This document shows, piece by piece, positions 36,386 to 46,072 of a stretch of 64,000 bases of DNA. The position numbers and the translations under genes are program-made. The notes beneath the pieces were generated by a model, which had not been told where the DNA came from, did not search any database, and was given only the letters and a program-made list of their open reading frames with translations. Positions within the stretch are counted from its first letter, which is position 1, and each line of letters begins with the position of its first letter. The DNA is from an uncultured Candidatus Micrarchaeota archaeon (GTDB lineage Archaea > Micrarchaeota > Micrarchaeia > Anstonellales > Bilamarchaeaceae): the NCBI GenBank assembly GCA_963714085.1, contig OY970229.1:256001-320000 (forward strand), in the 5' to 3' direction.

Positions 36386-37468
36386 ATGGGTTTCCAACCA
36401 ATCGCAACGGAGGTTTCCAGCAAAAACCGGATACTCCTAGATGAATTGGCCCTTACGTCCAGGTTCTCTAATAAAAACAGCCTTGGTTGCCGCCAGTTGG
36501 CCGGAGAACGCGTCCTGGAAGCGATAAAACGGCTTCCTGAGGGTCATCCGTCCGAGAACCTATTCATCTGCGGTCCTTCGGGTTCGGGCAAAACCGCCCT
36601 GGTCAGGTGGGCTGTGGACAAAATGGAACAAACTCAAAGGATATTATGTATATACTCCAACTGCCACAGATACAACACCTCGATGTCCATATTTACCAGG
36701 ATTGCGGATGCTTTGGGCGAACCGGTTTCAAGAAGGGGGCGGGCAGTCGATGAGATATTCGACCATATTGTAAAGCTCATGCGCTACTCAAAGAAGCCCG
36801 TCCTTCTCGTTCTTGATGATATTGAAGCGCTTGTCCAGTACGATGGCGCCCGGATACTCCAGAATATCGCGCATTTGGAGGAAGAAAACGTCCATTTCGC
36901 CATTATCGGGATATCCGATAACGAAACCGCGCTTTCGAAGCTTCCGCAAGAAACCCGCGAAGTACTAAGGTTCACAAAAGTAGAGATTCCCCAGTTCACT
37001 CGCGAGGAGCTGCTGGCCCTTCTTAAGGAACGTGCATCCATGGGTTTGCGGCCTGGTTCTTACGACAGTTCGCTGATAGAAGCAATAGCGGGCATAAGCG
37101 AGGCGGTCAATGGAGGAGGTCGTTTCGCTCTTGAAATCTTATGGAGGGCTGCGAGAAGTTCGGAGGAACGGGGACTTGACTCGATACCCCAGCAGGAACT
37201 GGAACGCATAAAGGACAGCTTAGGGCTCCAAGAACGGGAGTTATCCCAGGGCGAGCTTGAAATAGTCAGATTGCTCAAGGACGGCCCTAAAACATCCTCG
37301 ATGCTTTACGCATTGTTCTGGAGGAAAATATCGAAATCCCAGCGGCAGATACGCAACTACATTCATTCCATGGAAGAAAAGGGCATTGTCGAGACCCGAT
37401 TTGTGCGAGGCAAGTACAACTACGGCTCAACGATCATACAACTTAGCGGAGGCTGGGAGCATGACTAA
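36386..37468 (+). CDS. cdc6: Orc1/Cdc6-family replication initiator
   Basis: NLFICGPSGSGKT, YSNC, LVLDDIE, ELLALLKERA, C-terminal wHTH. Confidence 0.88.
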   Translation: MGFQPIATEVSSKNRILLDELALTSRFSNKNSLGCRQLAGERVLEAIKRLPEGHPSENLFICGPSGSGKTALVRWAVDKMEQTQRILCIYSNCHRYNTSMSIFTRIADALGEPVSRRGRAVDEIFDHIVKLMRYSKKPVLLVLDDIEALVQYDGARILQNIAHLEEENVHFAIIGISDNETALSKLPQETREVLRFTKVEIPQFTREELLALLKERASMGLRPGSYDSSLIEAIAGISEAVNGGGRFALEILWRAARSSEERGLDSIPQQELERIKDSLGLQERELSQGELEIVRLLKDGPKTSSMLYALFWRKISKSQRQIRNYIHSMEEKGIVETRFVRGKYNYGSTIIQLSGGWEHD

Positions 37469-37640
37469 CGGGTTAATGATATCGAAAACGAGAGTTAAGA
37501 TGTTTCTCAAGAAGCAGGATATGCGAGTTTCGGAGAATTTTTACCGGGCTTTGGATGATGAGATTCAAGCTATCCTTTTGAAAGTGACAAAGCGAGCCAA
37601 GAGCGATAAACGCACAACCGTTCTTGCGCGTGATGTTTAG
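37461..37640 (+). CDS. Small histone-fold protein (59 aa)
   Basis: MTNGLMISKTRVKMFLKKQDMRVSENFYRALDDEIQAILLKVTKRAKSDKRTTVLARDV: MRVS loop, long helix 2, RTTV..RD signature, short helix 3; overlaps the cdc6 stop. Confidence 0.85.
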   Translation: MTNGLMISKTRVKMFLKKQDMRVSENFYRALDDEIQAILLKVTKRAKSDKRTTVLARDV

Positions 37641-37779
37641 CACAAATAACCGACGATATTTATAGCAATTGCGAATTCAATTGTTCTAAGCCTTAAAACG
37701 CTTGAATCCAGCCGCTGGTGGGCCTGTTTTTTCGCCTTTCCGACAATTGCAAATCGCAATTGTTCATACGATTTGGGCG

Positions 37780-40035
37780 TCAATTCGCTTGAATTCGCTC
37801 AGAAACTCGTGCGGAATTATTGAATAATCTATCGAGGGTTTCTTTAATTTCAGTTCGAAGTATGACGTTGCCGTAAGGATCATAAGTTGATTTAAGCTCA
37901 CGGTTCGTCACCAAAATATAGTAAGTTTTGAACTCGGCTTTAACCTTATCGAATTTCTGTTTCAATGTTTTTTCCTCATCGTGTGAACCTGTTTCAACTT
38001 CAAACGCTATGTTCTCCTTGTCAAAAACAACCACGTCCGGCTTGACGGTATCATAGAGTAACGCGTTCTTTCCGTACTTCTCAATCTCCATCTGCAGTAT
38101 CCTGCAAAAATAGTAATGCTCCGGCCCCTGATTGGTTGGGGGCTTGACGAGCGTTTTTTGTCCTTTGCCCGGGCCAAACGGATTCGTGTCCAATTCAACA
38201 TAGCCGTGTTCCCTGCACATCCTGGCCTGCTCCTCGGTCAGATCCTTGACGAAGAAAAAACCCTCCCTGAGATTGAACCGCTTGGGTGGCCGTTGCACCG
38301 GCCTGTCTACGGTCTCGATTTTCCCGCTCGTTTGCTTCGGATCGGTGGTGAACAGGTTGTGCATGATCTCCGGTACCGTTATCTGGAACTTGAAATTCCC
38401 CTCCTCGCTTAACAGCAGGCCACTCCCCTTGTTGCATTTTATCAGGTAATCCCTTTCCTCTGCGTTCAGCTTCAGCGAGGCGCTAATAGCCTCTATGTTG
38501 CTGGTGCTCTGCTTCATCAGGATTTTCGTGGCCGACAGGTTGAGTATAGATTTTCCCGCGTCCGCCTTGTCGAAGTCCTCTATCTCCTGGGTTATGAATC
38601 CGAGCCCGACCCCGTATTTTCTCGCCGCCTTGATGTATTCAAGGACGTAATCCTCGGCGTTCTTGCTGCGCAGCAGCCCCCAGCCCTCGTCTATGAAGAT
38701 GAATTTCGGGGCCTTGTCCGCCTTCATCCTGCGCGAAACGAAGCCGAGGATGATGAACATGGCCAGGGGTTTAAGCGGCATCGGGATTTTACTCAAATCG
38801 AAGTTCACGATCCTGGCCTTCAGTTCCACGTTGGTGCGCCGGTCAAGGAAAGCGAAGAACCCGTTTTTGGAGTACATCGAAAGCCTGTTGACCAGAACCT
38901 CCAGCGTCCGGATATCTCTCGACCCCTTTTTCCTCTCCTTGTACATCTTCACGCTTTCGTCGTAAACGTCCGAGAACGTGGGCGGCTCGTTCTTCCAGGT
39001 CTTCTCTTCGAGCGGCAATATTCCGGATTCCTCGTAAGCCCTCGGAAGCAGCCGGTTGAGCGCTCCCTTCTGCGATTCCGTGAGGCCGCCGACTATTATG
39101 TCAAAGGCGGCTATCAGTTCCAGCATTTTTGCCTGGAAGCTCTGGTCGCCCAAATCGAACAGGTTGATGCTGTCCTCGGAATCCTGCGCTATCTGGACGT
39201 TCTGCCCTCCCAGCGACGCCACTGTTCCCGCATATTCGGCGTTCGGGTCTATGATGAATATGTCCGCTCCGGCATTGAAGAGGATCTGGACTATGAGGGA
39301 TTTGGCTGTGTAGCTCTTGCCCGAGCCGCTGGTTCCAAGGATGAAGAAGTGCTTGTTGCTGTACTTGTCAAAGTCCAGGTGTATCCTGTTGAGGGTTTCC
39401 AGCTCGTTCCCAAGGAAAACCCCCACCTTATCGGGTTTTGCCGGAGATATGAACGGGAATGTGGCCGCCAGGGAGTTGGTGGGGAATTCCTGCTGCACTC
39501 CCAGCTTGTCAGTGCCCAATGGGAGGCAGGAGCGCAGCGCCGGGGCCATCCGGAAATTGGCTGTTTTCGGTATGATCATTATGGCGTTCATGTTGGCCTT
39601 GCATTTTTCGGTCAACAGGTCGAGCTTGTCCAGGGAACTCTCCTTGTTGTTCACGTACAGCGACACGCGGAACAGCTTCTCCTCGCCCTTGTACAAGAGC
39701 TCGTGCAGATGCCGGGTGTCCGACAGCTTGATCTCCAGCGCCGGATTGGGCGTGCCTTTCTCCGTGCTCATGAACAGGTCTGCGGTCTGCTTGTTGATCT
39801 GGTCGTAGAGGAATATTATCGTCTGGTCTATGCTTGAGGGCTCGATGTGCAGGGAAATGTCGTAATTCTCGTTCTTGGACAGGAACGACCTGAGCCAGCC
39901 ATCATCTATTTTACGCGGGTACCCCACCGCTTCGATGACGCGGTAATAATATTCGTTCACCTTCGCATAATCCTTGCGGACCTCCATGTACGAGGGCATT
40001 ATGAGGCAAGTGAGAAGCTCGTCGTCGTTTATCAT
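37780..40035 (-). CDS. virB4: VirB4/TraC-family ATPase with C-terminal PD-(D/E)xK-like domain
   Basis: NKHFFILGTSGSGKS, IIDPNAEY, INLFD, FIDEGW, ARKYG..ITQ; C-terminal KPDVVV..IAFEVETG. Confidence 0.88.
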   Translation of the reverse strand: MINDDELLTCLIMPSYMEVRKDYAKVNEYYYRVIEAVGYPRKIDDGWLRSFLSKNENYDISLHIEPSSIDQTIIFLYDQINKQTADLFMSTEKGTPNPALEIKLSDTRHLHELLYKGEEKLFRVSLYVNNKESSLDKLDLLTEKCKANMNAIMIIPKTANFRMAPALRSCLPLGTDKLGVQQEFPTNSLAATFPFISPAKPDKVGVFLGNELETLNRIHLDFDKYSNKHFFILGTSGSGKSYTAKSLIVQILFNAGADIFIIDPNAEYAGTVASLGGQNVQIAQDSEDSINLFDLGDQSFQAKMLELIAAFDIIVGGLTESQKGALNRLLPRAYEESGILPLEEKTWKNEPPTFSDVYDESVKMYKERKKGSRDIRTLEVLVNRLSMYSKNGFFAFLDRRTNVELKARIVNFDLSKIPMPLKPLAMFIILGFVSRRMKADKAPKFIFIDEGWGLLRSKNAEDYVLEYIKAARKYGVGLGFITQEIEDFDKADAGKSILNLSATKILMKQSTSNIEAISASLKLNAEERDYLIKCNKGSGLLLSEEGNFKFQITVPEIMHNLFTTDPKQTSGKIETVDRPVQRPPKRFNLREGFFFVKDLTEEQARMCREHGYVELDTNPFGPGKGQKTLVKPPTNQGPEHYYFCRILQMEIEKYGKNALLYDTVKPDVVVFDKENIAFEVETGSHDEEKTLKQKFDKVKAEFKTYYILVTNRELKSTYDPYGNVILRTEIKETLDRLFNNSARVSERIQAN

Positions 40036-40902
40036 TCAGCGCACCTCCTTATCCGTGTTGAACGAATCATAGATCGTTATCCTGGAAAGATAGTCGTCGC
40101 CTATCTCGACATAGCCCTCGAAATACGACATGAGCAGCGATATGAGCTGGTTGTTCGTCAATCGTATGGCAACGAGCCCGCAGTAGCCCAGCCGTTCCTG
40201 TATCAACTCGGCCCGAAGATTCAGCTCCTTTACCTGGTCGTCCTCCTTGATTCGCCTGGTCATTGTGCGCTTATTTTCCAATGGGACTACGACGTAGTAG
40301 ATGCGCTCCTTTATGGCATGGCTTTCTATGAATTCGGTTTCGTATTTCCGGAATTCCTCGTATAGTTTCTTGAGGTTTTTAGCCCCGGACTTTTCTATGC
40401 GGGAATACTGGGCTGAATAATCCGGCTTCACGGAATTGACTGTGCGGACGATTATCTGTATCGGGAACGTGAGCTGGTTGAGGAATTCCCTGTAATTGAG
40501 GATCAGGGAGCGCTTTCTGGAATCGTCCATCAGCTCGAAGTTCACCGGCTTCACCAATACCACGGCGCGGAGCTCGCCGTTTTTCAGGAACATGGCGTTT
40601 CTTTCGATTTTTTTGACTTCTATGAACCCCTTCACCTTGGCGTCTAGGTACCCGCCAAGCCGTATGTCGGTCATGAACCCCAGCCAGGTCAGCAACTTGG
40701 TTTCTAAGTCGAAAATGGCGAAGCATACGCCAATCAACACGAATATCGATACCAGTGCGATTCTGGCTTCCTCAGGCAACGGCAAGCGATACGCCAAAGC
40801 AGCGATGACGAGGAACAATACGATGTACCCGAATTGCTTCAAGTCGAGATTGAGGAATATTTTCTCCTTGTATCTGATTGTGTCAGGTATGTCGTAACCC
40901 AT
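40036..40902 (-). CDS. PrgI/VirB3-like membrane protein fused to a TrsD-like domain
   Basis: YDIPDTIRYKEKIFLNLDLKQFGY plus 2 TM helices; PVNFELM..FLNQLTFPIQI. Confidence 0.8.
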   Translation of the reverse strand: MGYDIPDTIRYKEKIFLNLDLKQFGYIVLFLVIAALAYRLPLPEEARIALVSIFVLIGVCFAIFDLETKLLTWLGFMTDIRLGGYLDAKVKGFIEVKKIERNAMFLKNGELRAVVLVKPVNFELMDDSRKRSLILNYREFLNQLTFPIQIIVRTVNSVKPDYSAQYSRIEKSGAKNLKKLYEEFRKYETEFIESHAIKERIYYVVVPLENKRTMTRRIKEDDQVKELNLRAELIQERLGYCGLVAIRLTNNQLISLLMSYFEGYVEIGDDYLSRITIYDSFNTDKEVR

Positions 40903-40906
40903 AGTA

Positions 40907-41860
40907 TCACAGGAATGCAAGCAGCATGGCAACCTTCCAGCCTATTGATACAGCCGCGTTCAGGACGCGTAAAACGACCGGTACGAGCGAAAACACCGCC
41001 AATAGGTAGATCAACACGTTCACGAGCCCGATAAGCCCAAAACCAAGCATCAGGGCTATTCCCTGCACGAATCCACCGGCCAATACCGGATCCCCTGAAT
41101 TGAACAGGTATGTTAATGCGAGGATAAGCACTGCGTCAATGCTCGTCATGAAGATGATTATTACGATGAATTTCAGCATGAACAGGCCCCATTCCCTTGT
41201 GAACGGGATGAAATAGAGGAAAATCGCTATGGGAAACAGCAAAAGCAAGAAGGGAATCATCAAATAACGAATTATCAGGGTGAAGAACGTCAGGGCCGCA
41301 GCTGACAGGAAATTGAATGAAAGCACCATGGCGAACACAAGCGAGGAGAAAACGACCTGTATGCTCAGGAGATTGGCGAATGACGAATCGTATATTGACG
41401 TAGTTATGTACTGATTCAACTCGACAATCATCTTGAAGATGCTGAAGGAAAACGCGAGGGCGATAATGAGATATAGGACATTCTGGATCCAGAGTTTCGC
41501 CTTCGCACGTTTTTCAACATCCGCTGCCGTAGCGATATAATACGCACCAACCCCCATGAGCGCAAGGGTGTAAAGGCTCTCAAGAATGCTCATGATCTTC
41601 GCGTATGGAGTGCAGAAAAGGTCCAGATTAGGCCCGGTCACAATGAAAATCAACGAGTTATCGAGAAATTCCTTTGCCGAATATACGAATCCACTAACCA
41701 GGGAAGAGAAAAACTTCTCAACTATGCAGGTCGGCAGGTTGAAGATGACCTGAAGAAAGTTGGCATTATCCGGGCAGGATTGGTTAGTTATACTCACGTC
41801 AATGGAAGCGGAGTAAACGATTGAACTAATTACCAGCAATAAAACCAGGTACTTAAGCAA
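40907..41860 (-). CDS. VirB6/TrbL-like polytopic membrane protein
   Basis: Multiple TM helices, IIRYLMIPFLLLLFPIAIFLYFIP.T..W pattern, position in the tra operon. Confidence 0.7.
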   Translation of the reverse strand: MLKYLVLLLVISSIVYSASIDVSITNQSCPDNANFLQVIFNLPTCIVEKFFSSLVSGFVYSAKEFLDNSLIFIVTGPNLDLFCTPYAKIMSILESLYTLALMGVGAYYIATAADVEKRAKAKLWIQNVLYLIIALAFSFSIFKMIVELNQYITTSIYDSSFANLLSIQVVFSSLVFAMVLSFNFLSAAALTFFTLIIRYLMIPFLLLLFPIAIFLYFIPFTREWGLFMLKFIVIIIFMTSIDAVLILALTYLFNSGDPVLAGGFVQGIALMLGFGLIGLVNVLIYLLAVFSLVPVVLRVLNAAVSIGWKVAMLLAFL

Positions 41861-43010
41861 CAGGCATCACCCTCTTGACGGTTAGATAGATGACGTATAC
41901 GACTATGGCGAACAAAGCGGCATCGAACAAAGAATCGAAGAAACCAGGCTGGATTGGTTCGACTTTCGGGATTTTCGGGCTATTGGAGAGGTTCGAGTTA
42001 TTGCAGCCGAAGATGGTTTTCGATGAGAAATGGTCGGCTATCGTAAAGGAGCAATTCGCGGAATATGGGGCCAATATCGTAAAATTGGATCCATTCTGCT
42101 CCAAAACACTAAGCCCGTAAGCCGAAGTCTTGTTTGCCGGAACGATTTCTTTGACAAGAATGTTGTACGGCCCCTCATCCCTTATCGTGTAGAGGTACTT
42201 CGTTTCGTAGAAGCTGGAATTCCCTATGCGAAAAAACACGTTGGAATCGTTCGCTTTGATCCTGATTTCCGTTAGGTTGTTGTAGTATGCCAGAATCGCA
42301 TAATTCGAGGTCGGATTGAAGGGCACATATTTGATGTTTTTGGAATCCGAAACAGTCAGAGAATCCTTGAAACTGGCTGTGATGTAGTAATCGCAGCTAA
42401 CCGAACAGCTGTGACGGGAGCAATGTCTTATCAAGGTATAGCGATCCACCAGATATTCGCTTCGGACCGTGAGGTAAGCGGTCATTGCCGAGCTCGTATT
42501 TTGGACTGAGATTGAATAGTCGTACCCGCAAATCCTGAATTTATCATTACAATCTCCTGGTAGCATTCTAGTATCGACAACGAAACTGAAACTCTGCCTT
42601 ATCAACGGCTGGCTGGAGGCATTTACAAGATAAGTTCCATTATCGTAGACTGAGGGATCCAAGTAAGCAATGCTAATCCAGGCATCCTTGATATTAGCCG
42701 AACTTTTGGAGGCATTTGGAGGGTATTTTCCGAATCGGATAGCGTTATTCCATTGCCATATTTGATCAAAAGAGTCGTTAGTTATGGATTCGGCTATGAA
42801 AAGCTTCTTGTCCTCGGTGGTATTGAACGCATTTGATAATAGGCAGATTTCGCCGAAATTCCAGTCGCAGTAGTGGAGAATCGTATCAGCGGGTTTTGAT
42901 GGCGCGGAATAGGCGGTCGCAACAGTATAATCGTGATAGGGGTAACTAGGACAGCTCGGGACCGCTACGGATAGGCCAATCAAGAACAGGAAAAATACGG
43001 CCTTATCCAC
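41853..43010 (-). CDS. Secreted Cys-containing protein with C-terminal membrane anchor
   Basis: Signal peptide, many N-x-S/T sequons, C-terminal TM; coupled within the tra operon. Confidence 0.75.
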   Translation of the reverse strand: MDKAVFFLFLIGLSVAVPSCPSYPYHDYTVATAYSAPSKPADTILHYCDWNFGEICLLSNAFNTTEDKKLFIAESITNDSFDQIWQWNNAIRFGKYPPNASKSSANIKDAWISIAYLDPSVYDNGTYLVNASSQPLIRQSFSFVVDTRMLPGDCNDKFRICGYDYSISVQNTSSAMTAYLTVRSEYLVDRYTLIRHCSRHSCSVSCDYYITASFKDSLTVSDSKNIKYVPFNPTSNYAILAYYNNLTEIRIKANDSNVFFRIGNSSFYETKYLYTIRDEGPYNILVKEIVPANKTSAYGLSVLEQNGSNFTILAPYSANCSFTIADHFSSKTIFGCNNSNLSNSPKIPKVEPIQPGFFDSLFDAALFAIVVYVIYLTVKRVMPVA

Positions 43011-43221
43011 AATAATGACCTCCGGAGAACATGGAGCCGATTAAAGGGGCAAGATAGACGATGCAGAGGCCGATGATCACGCCCAGGATTACGTCTTTCC
43101 ACTGCTTTCGGAATATCGGATCCTGGCTGATGGTCAGCATAAGGCCGGAATACGCAATCATCACGATCCCGGCGACTGTGGCTAATAGCTTGATGCTGTC
43201 CGCTATGGCCTCAAGGGTCAA
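43003..43221 (-). CDS. TrbC/VirB2-like pilin
   Basis: Two hydrophobic helices separated by a charged loop (..IAYSG...KQWKDVILGVIIGL..LAP). Confidence 0.7.
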   Translation of the reverse strand: MTLEAIADSIKLLATVAGIVMIAYSGLMLTISQDPIFRKQWKDVILGVIIGLCIVYLAPLIGSMFSGGHYCG

Positions 43222-43222
43222 G

Positions 43223-43522
43223 CTACCACCCGCAGATACCCGAGGAATTGACCAGGTTCTTGACCAGCACCGGGGCCAGCCAGATGATGACCAGGCCGAT
43301 TATAACCCCGCTTAATAGCGCCTTGGCCGCGTTTCGCTCTGTCATCTCGTGCGAGCTCGCAAGGGTGAACCCCGCGTATGCGGCTACAAGAACGCCAGCT
43401 ACCGTGCCAAAAACCTGAATCATGTTGTAAAGCCGGCAGACGGGCTGATCGCTCGGAATGACCAGATCCGCGAAGCTCAAACCTAACAAAAGCAGGCCTA
43501 TGGCTAGATATTTCCTATTCAA
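43223..43522 (-). CDS. TrbC/VirB2-like pilin with signal peptide
   Basis: VAGVLVAAYAG...ERNAAKALLSGVIIGLVIIWLAP; GAGGTGA SD before TTG. Confidence 0.75.
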   Translation of the reverse strand: MNRKYLAIGLLLLGLSFADLVIPSDQPVCRLYNMIQVFGTVAGVLVAAYAGFTLASSHEMTERNAAKALLSGVIIGLVIIWLAPVLVKNLVNSSGICGW

Positions 43523-44339
43523 CCGTATCACCTCGTATGATTATCCTGAATTCGGGATTTTTCTTCTGAAATCCGATTTTCGACTTGATGAAATCCAGAT
43601 AAGCCGGATTGATCTCGTACCCTATGGATTTCCTGCCCAGGTTTCGAGCTGCACGGATGGATGTGCCGCTGCCGAGAAATGGATCCAGGCAGGTTTCGCC
43701 TTCATAGGTGTACAATCTGATCAAGGCTTCTGGAAGCGCGATGGGAAACATGGCCGGATGGTCGTCCTTGTTATGCTTATTCTTGGTTTCCGGGACCATT
43801 TCCCAGATATCATTGCCCCAATGGGATCTGGCATACTCCAAATCGATCTTTGAGGCGGCTTTTTCCTCTTTTGAGATTCTTTTGAAGTCGAATTTGCCCT
43901 TTCTGAAAACAAGGATATGCTCGTAGATGTTGTTCGGATAGTAGTACATCGGATAGGGATGTTGGATGAACGTCCCGAACCGCTTGGAGCTTCCCAGGCC
44001 CGAAGGCTTCTTCCAGAGGATATCTTCCCGGTATTCAAAGCCGCTTTTCTGGAGAATGCCTACGAAATGGCATGGGATGGGGTACTTCTTCTCCCCGCTG
44101 ATGATGTCCGAGATGTTCACGCAGATGTAACGGCCGTTGTCAAGGACGCGGTAGCATTCTTTGAATATCTGGTACATGGCCCGGAGGTAGGCCTCGTATT
44201 CGTTGATGGAGCCGATGTTCTCGGTTCCATAGTCCTTGACATTGAAATAAGGCGGGCTGGTTACAATGAGCTGTATCGAGCCGTCCTTTATCTCAGCCAT
44301 GTTCCGCGAATCGCCGATAACCACGGTGCTTTGGGCCAT
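43515..44339 (-). CDS. DNA N4-cytosine/N6-adenine methyltransferase (beta class)
   Basis: VTSPPY, HPAMFP, LDPFLGSG, GYEIN. Confidence 0.92.
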   Translation of the reverse strand: MAQSTVVIGDSRNMAEIKDGSIQLIVTSPPYFNVKDYGTENIGSINEYEAYLRAMYQIFKECYRVLDNGRYICVNISDIISGEKKYPIPCHFVGILQKSGFEYREDILWKKPSGLGSSKRFGTFIQHPYPMYYYPNNIYEHILVFRKGKFDFKRISKEEKAASKIDLEYARSHWGNDIWEMVPETKNKHNKDDHPAMFPIALPEALIRLYTYEGETCLDPFLGSGTSIRAARNLGRKSIGYEINPAYLDFIKSKIGFQKKNPEFRIIIRGDTVE

Positions 44340-44550
44340 GGCTACATAGATATCTCATTGGGCTATTTTATGATTGATGCGAAATTTGATGGCGGGATGA
44401 GAAAAGAAGATTTGTTGTAACGAGCTGGACCGAACTACTCTCCAGTTCAGCTATGTTTCGGGGCATGTCACTCAGTCAGTGATCATTAGCTGATGTTATA
44501 CGACGATTAGCACGGAGTGTAGAGAAGAAATGACAACTATCTGATTAGCA

Positions 44551-45534
44551 TCAGTCACTTACATCCTCCGCTTCTAGAGACAATTCGAGTATGTAATCAT
44601 AAAATCTCTTTTTGAGATGCCCCCGTTCTATCCTATGATAATCTTTGGATAGGCTCGTAAGCAACAGGATAAGATCTGATCTTACTTTCGGAATTGCCTC
44701 TTCAAATGGAACTGCTAAAGATACCTCGCTCCACCTGACAAGGAAGTAGTATATCCTATAAAACTCGCCTAAAAACTGGGAAAATGTATATTCATTTCCT
44801 CCGATTACAACGAATTTTCTTTCGCCTGAGTCATAGAAGATATTGGAATGAGAAATCTTATCTCTAAAAATTTTTGAGGTCTGCCCTTTACCGAATATAG
44901 ACCTATTTTCAAGTGGTATCGCTAGCACTTCTTCTAAAACATGATTTATGAGCCCCACAGTGGCATGTTCACCATTACCTCTATTGATTTGCCCCATAAA
45001 TTGTTTAGTTTTATCTTTGAATTTTAACTTACCGTTCTGTTCAGTTAAATACCAAAATAATTTCCTATCCACACTGAATGCAATTAACTCGTATAAATTA
45101 ACAAATGTCCAAAGTAATACTGGTGCCAGCAGAATTTCAGGGATTGCGGATTTTCTATTCTCTATTTCACTTACTACTTCTGAAAGGAAAAATAGTTGAC
45201 CGGATAGTTCTAAAAAATCTTCAAGTTTTGTTGATTGAGTAGAAACTAAAAAAGCTATGACTTTTTCATCATCGCCACTTGTAATATACCGATTTTCCTT
45301 ATTTATCTTTTCAGATGTACTTCTTGTAATATCAATGAAGGTCGATAATTGTTCTGTATTAAGTACTATGTCGATATTATTTGCACAGTTCGAAAAATAA
45401 TTTGAGACAACTATTGGCGATCTAGATAAAAGTACTTTTTCTAAACGGAAAAGGAATTCATTATGGGTTAGTCGTGATGGAAATGCAATATAATCTTTTT
45501 GTGCAAGATATTTGATAAATTGTCCTTCTTCCAT
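44551..45534 (-). CDS. Hypothetical protein with RxxxxH motif (putative HEPN)
   Basis: IFRDKISHSN; very AT-rich; next to the RM module. Confidence 0.55.
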   Translation of the reverse strand: MEEGQFIKYLAQKDYIAFPSRLTHNEFLFRLEKVLLSRSPIVVSNYFSNCANNIDIVLNTEQLSTFIDITRSTSEKINKENRYITSGDDEKVIAFLVSTQSTKLEDFLELSGQLFFLSEVVSEIENRKSAIPEILLAPVLLWTFVNLYELIAFSVDRKLFWYLTEQNGKLKFKDKTKQFMGQINRGNGEHATVGLINHVLEEVLAIPLENRSIFGKGQTSKIFRDKISHSNIFYDSGERKFVVIGGNEYTFSQFLGEFYRIYYFLVRWSEVSLAVPFEEAIPKVRSDLILLLTSLSKDYHRIERGHLKKRFYDYILELSLEAEDVSD

Positions 45535-45664
45535 AATGATGTTATATTGGTATCTGAATTTAACACTACCCGGCATCGGCTCGTATCTTCTTCTTTTCTA
45601 GGGAAGGTGTTGTTCCTAAAGAGTACTGATTTATTCCTTCGCTGCACATATTTTGCAGAATACT

Positions 45665-46072
45665 ATGGCCGATGTCCTAACAAAGAAGCAAAGAAGCTAC
45701 AATATGTCCAGAATCAGGGCTGTGGATACTAAACCGGAACTCACCTTACGGCATTTTCTTTATGCTGCGGGCATGCGGGGTTATCGTCTCCACTATCCTC
45801 TCTTAGGCAAACCAGATGTCGTTTTTGTGAAAAAGAAGGTTGGAATATTCATAGATGGCTGTTTTTGGCATAACTGCCCGAATGATTTTGTTGTCCCAAA
45901 AACACGACGCGCATTCTGGCTTAAAAAAATTAATGGCAATGTTAAACGCGATAAAGAAGTTAATGTCAAACTGACAATGATGGGGTGGAAAGTCATCCGA
46001 ATCTGGGAGCATGAGATAATGCATTCGCCTAAAGCAGTTCTATTAAGAATCCGAAACCTCATCGGAGAATAA
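45665..46072 (+). CDS. vsr: Very short patch repair endonuclease
   Basis: RSYNMSRI..DTKPE, GKPDVV, FIDGCFWH, FW..KI..N..RD, IWEHE. Confidence 0.95.
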   Translation: MADVLTKKQRSYNMSRIRAVDTKPELTLRHFLYAAGMRGYRLHYPLLGKPDVVFVKKKVGIFIDGCFWHNCPNDFVVPKTRRAFWLKKINGNVKRDKEVNVKLTMMGWKVIRIWEHEIMHSPKAVLLRIRNLIGE

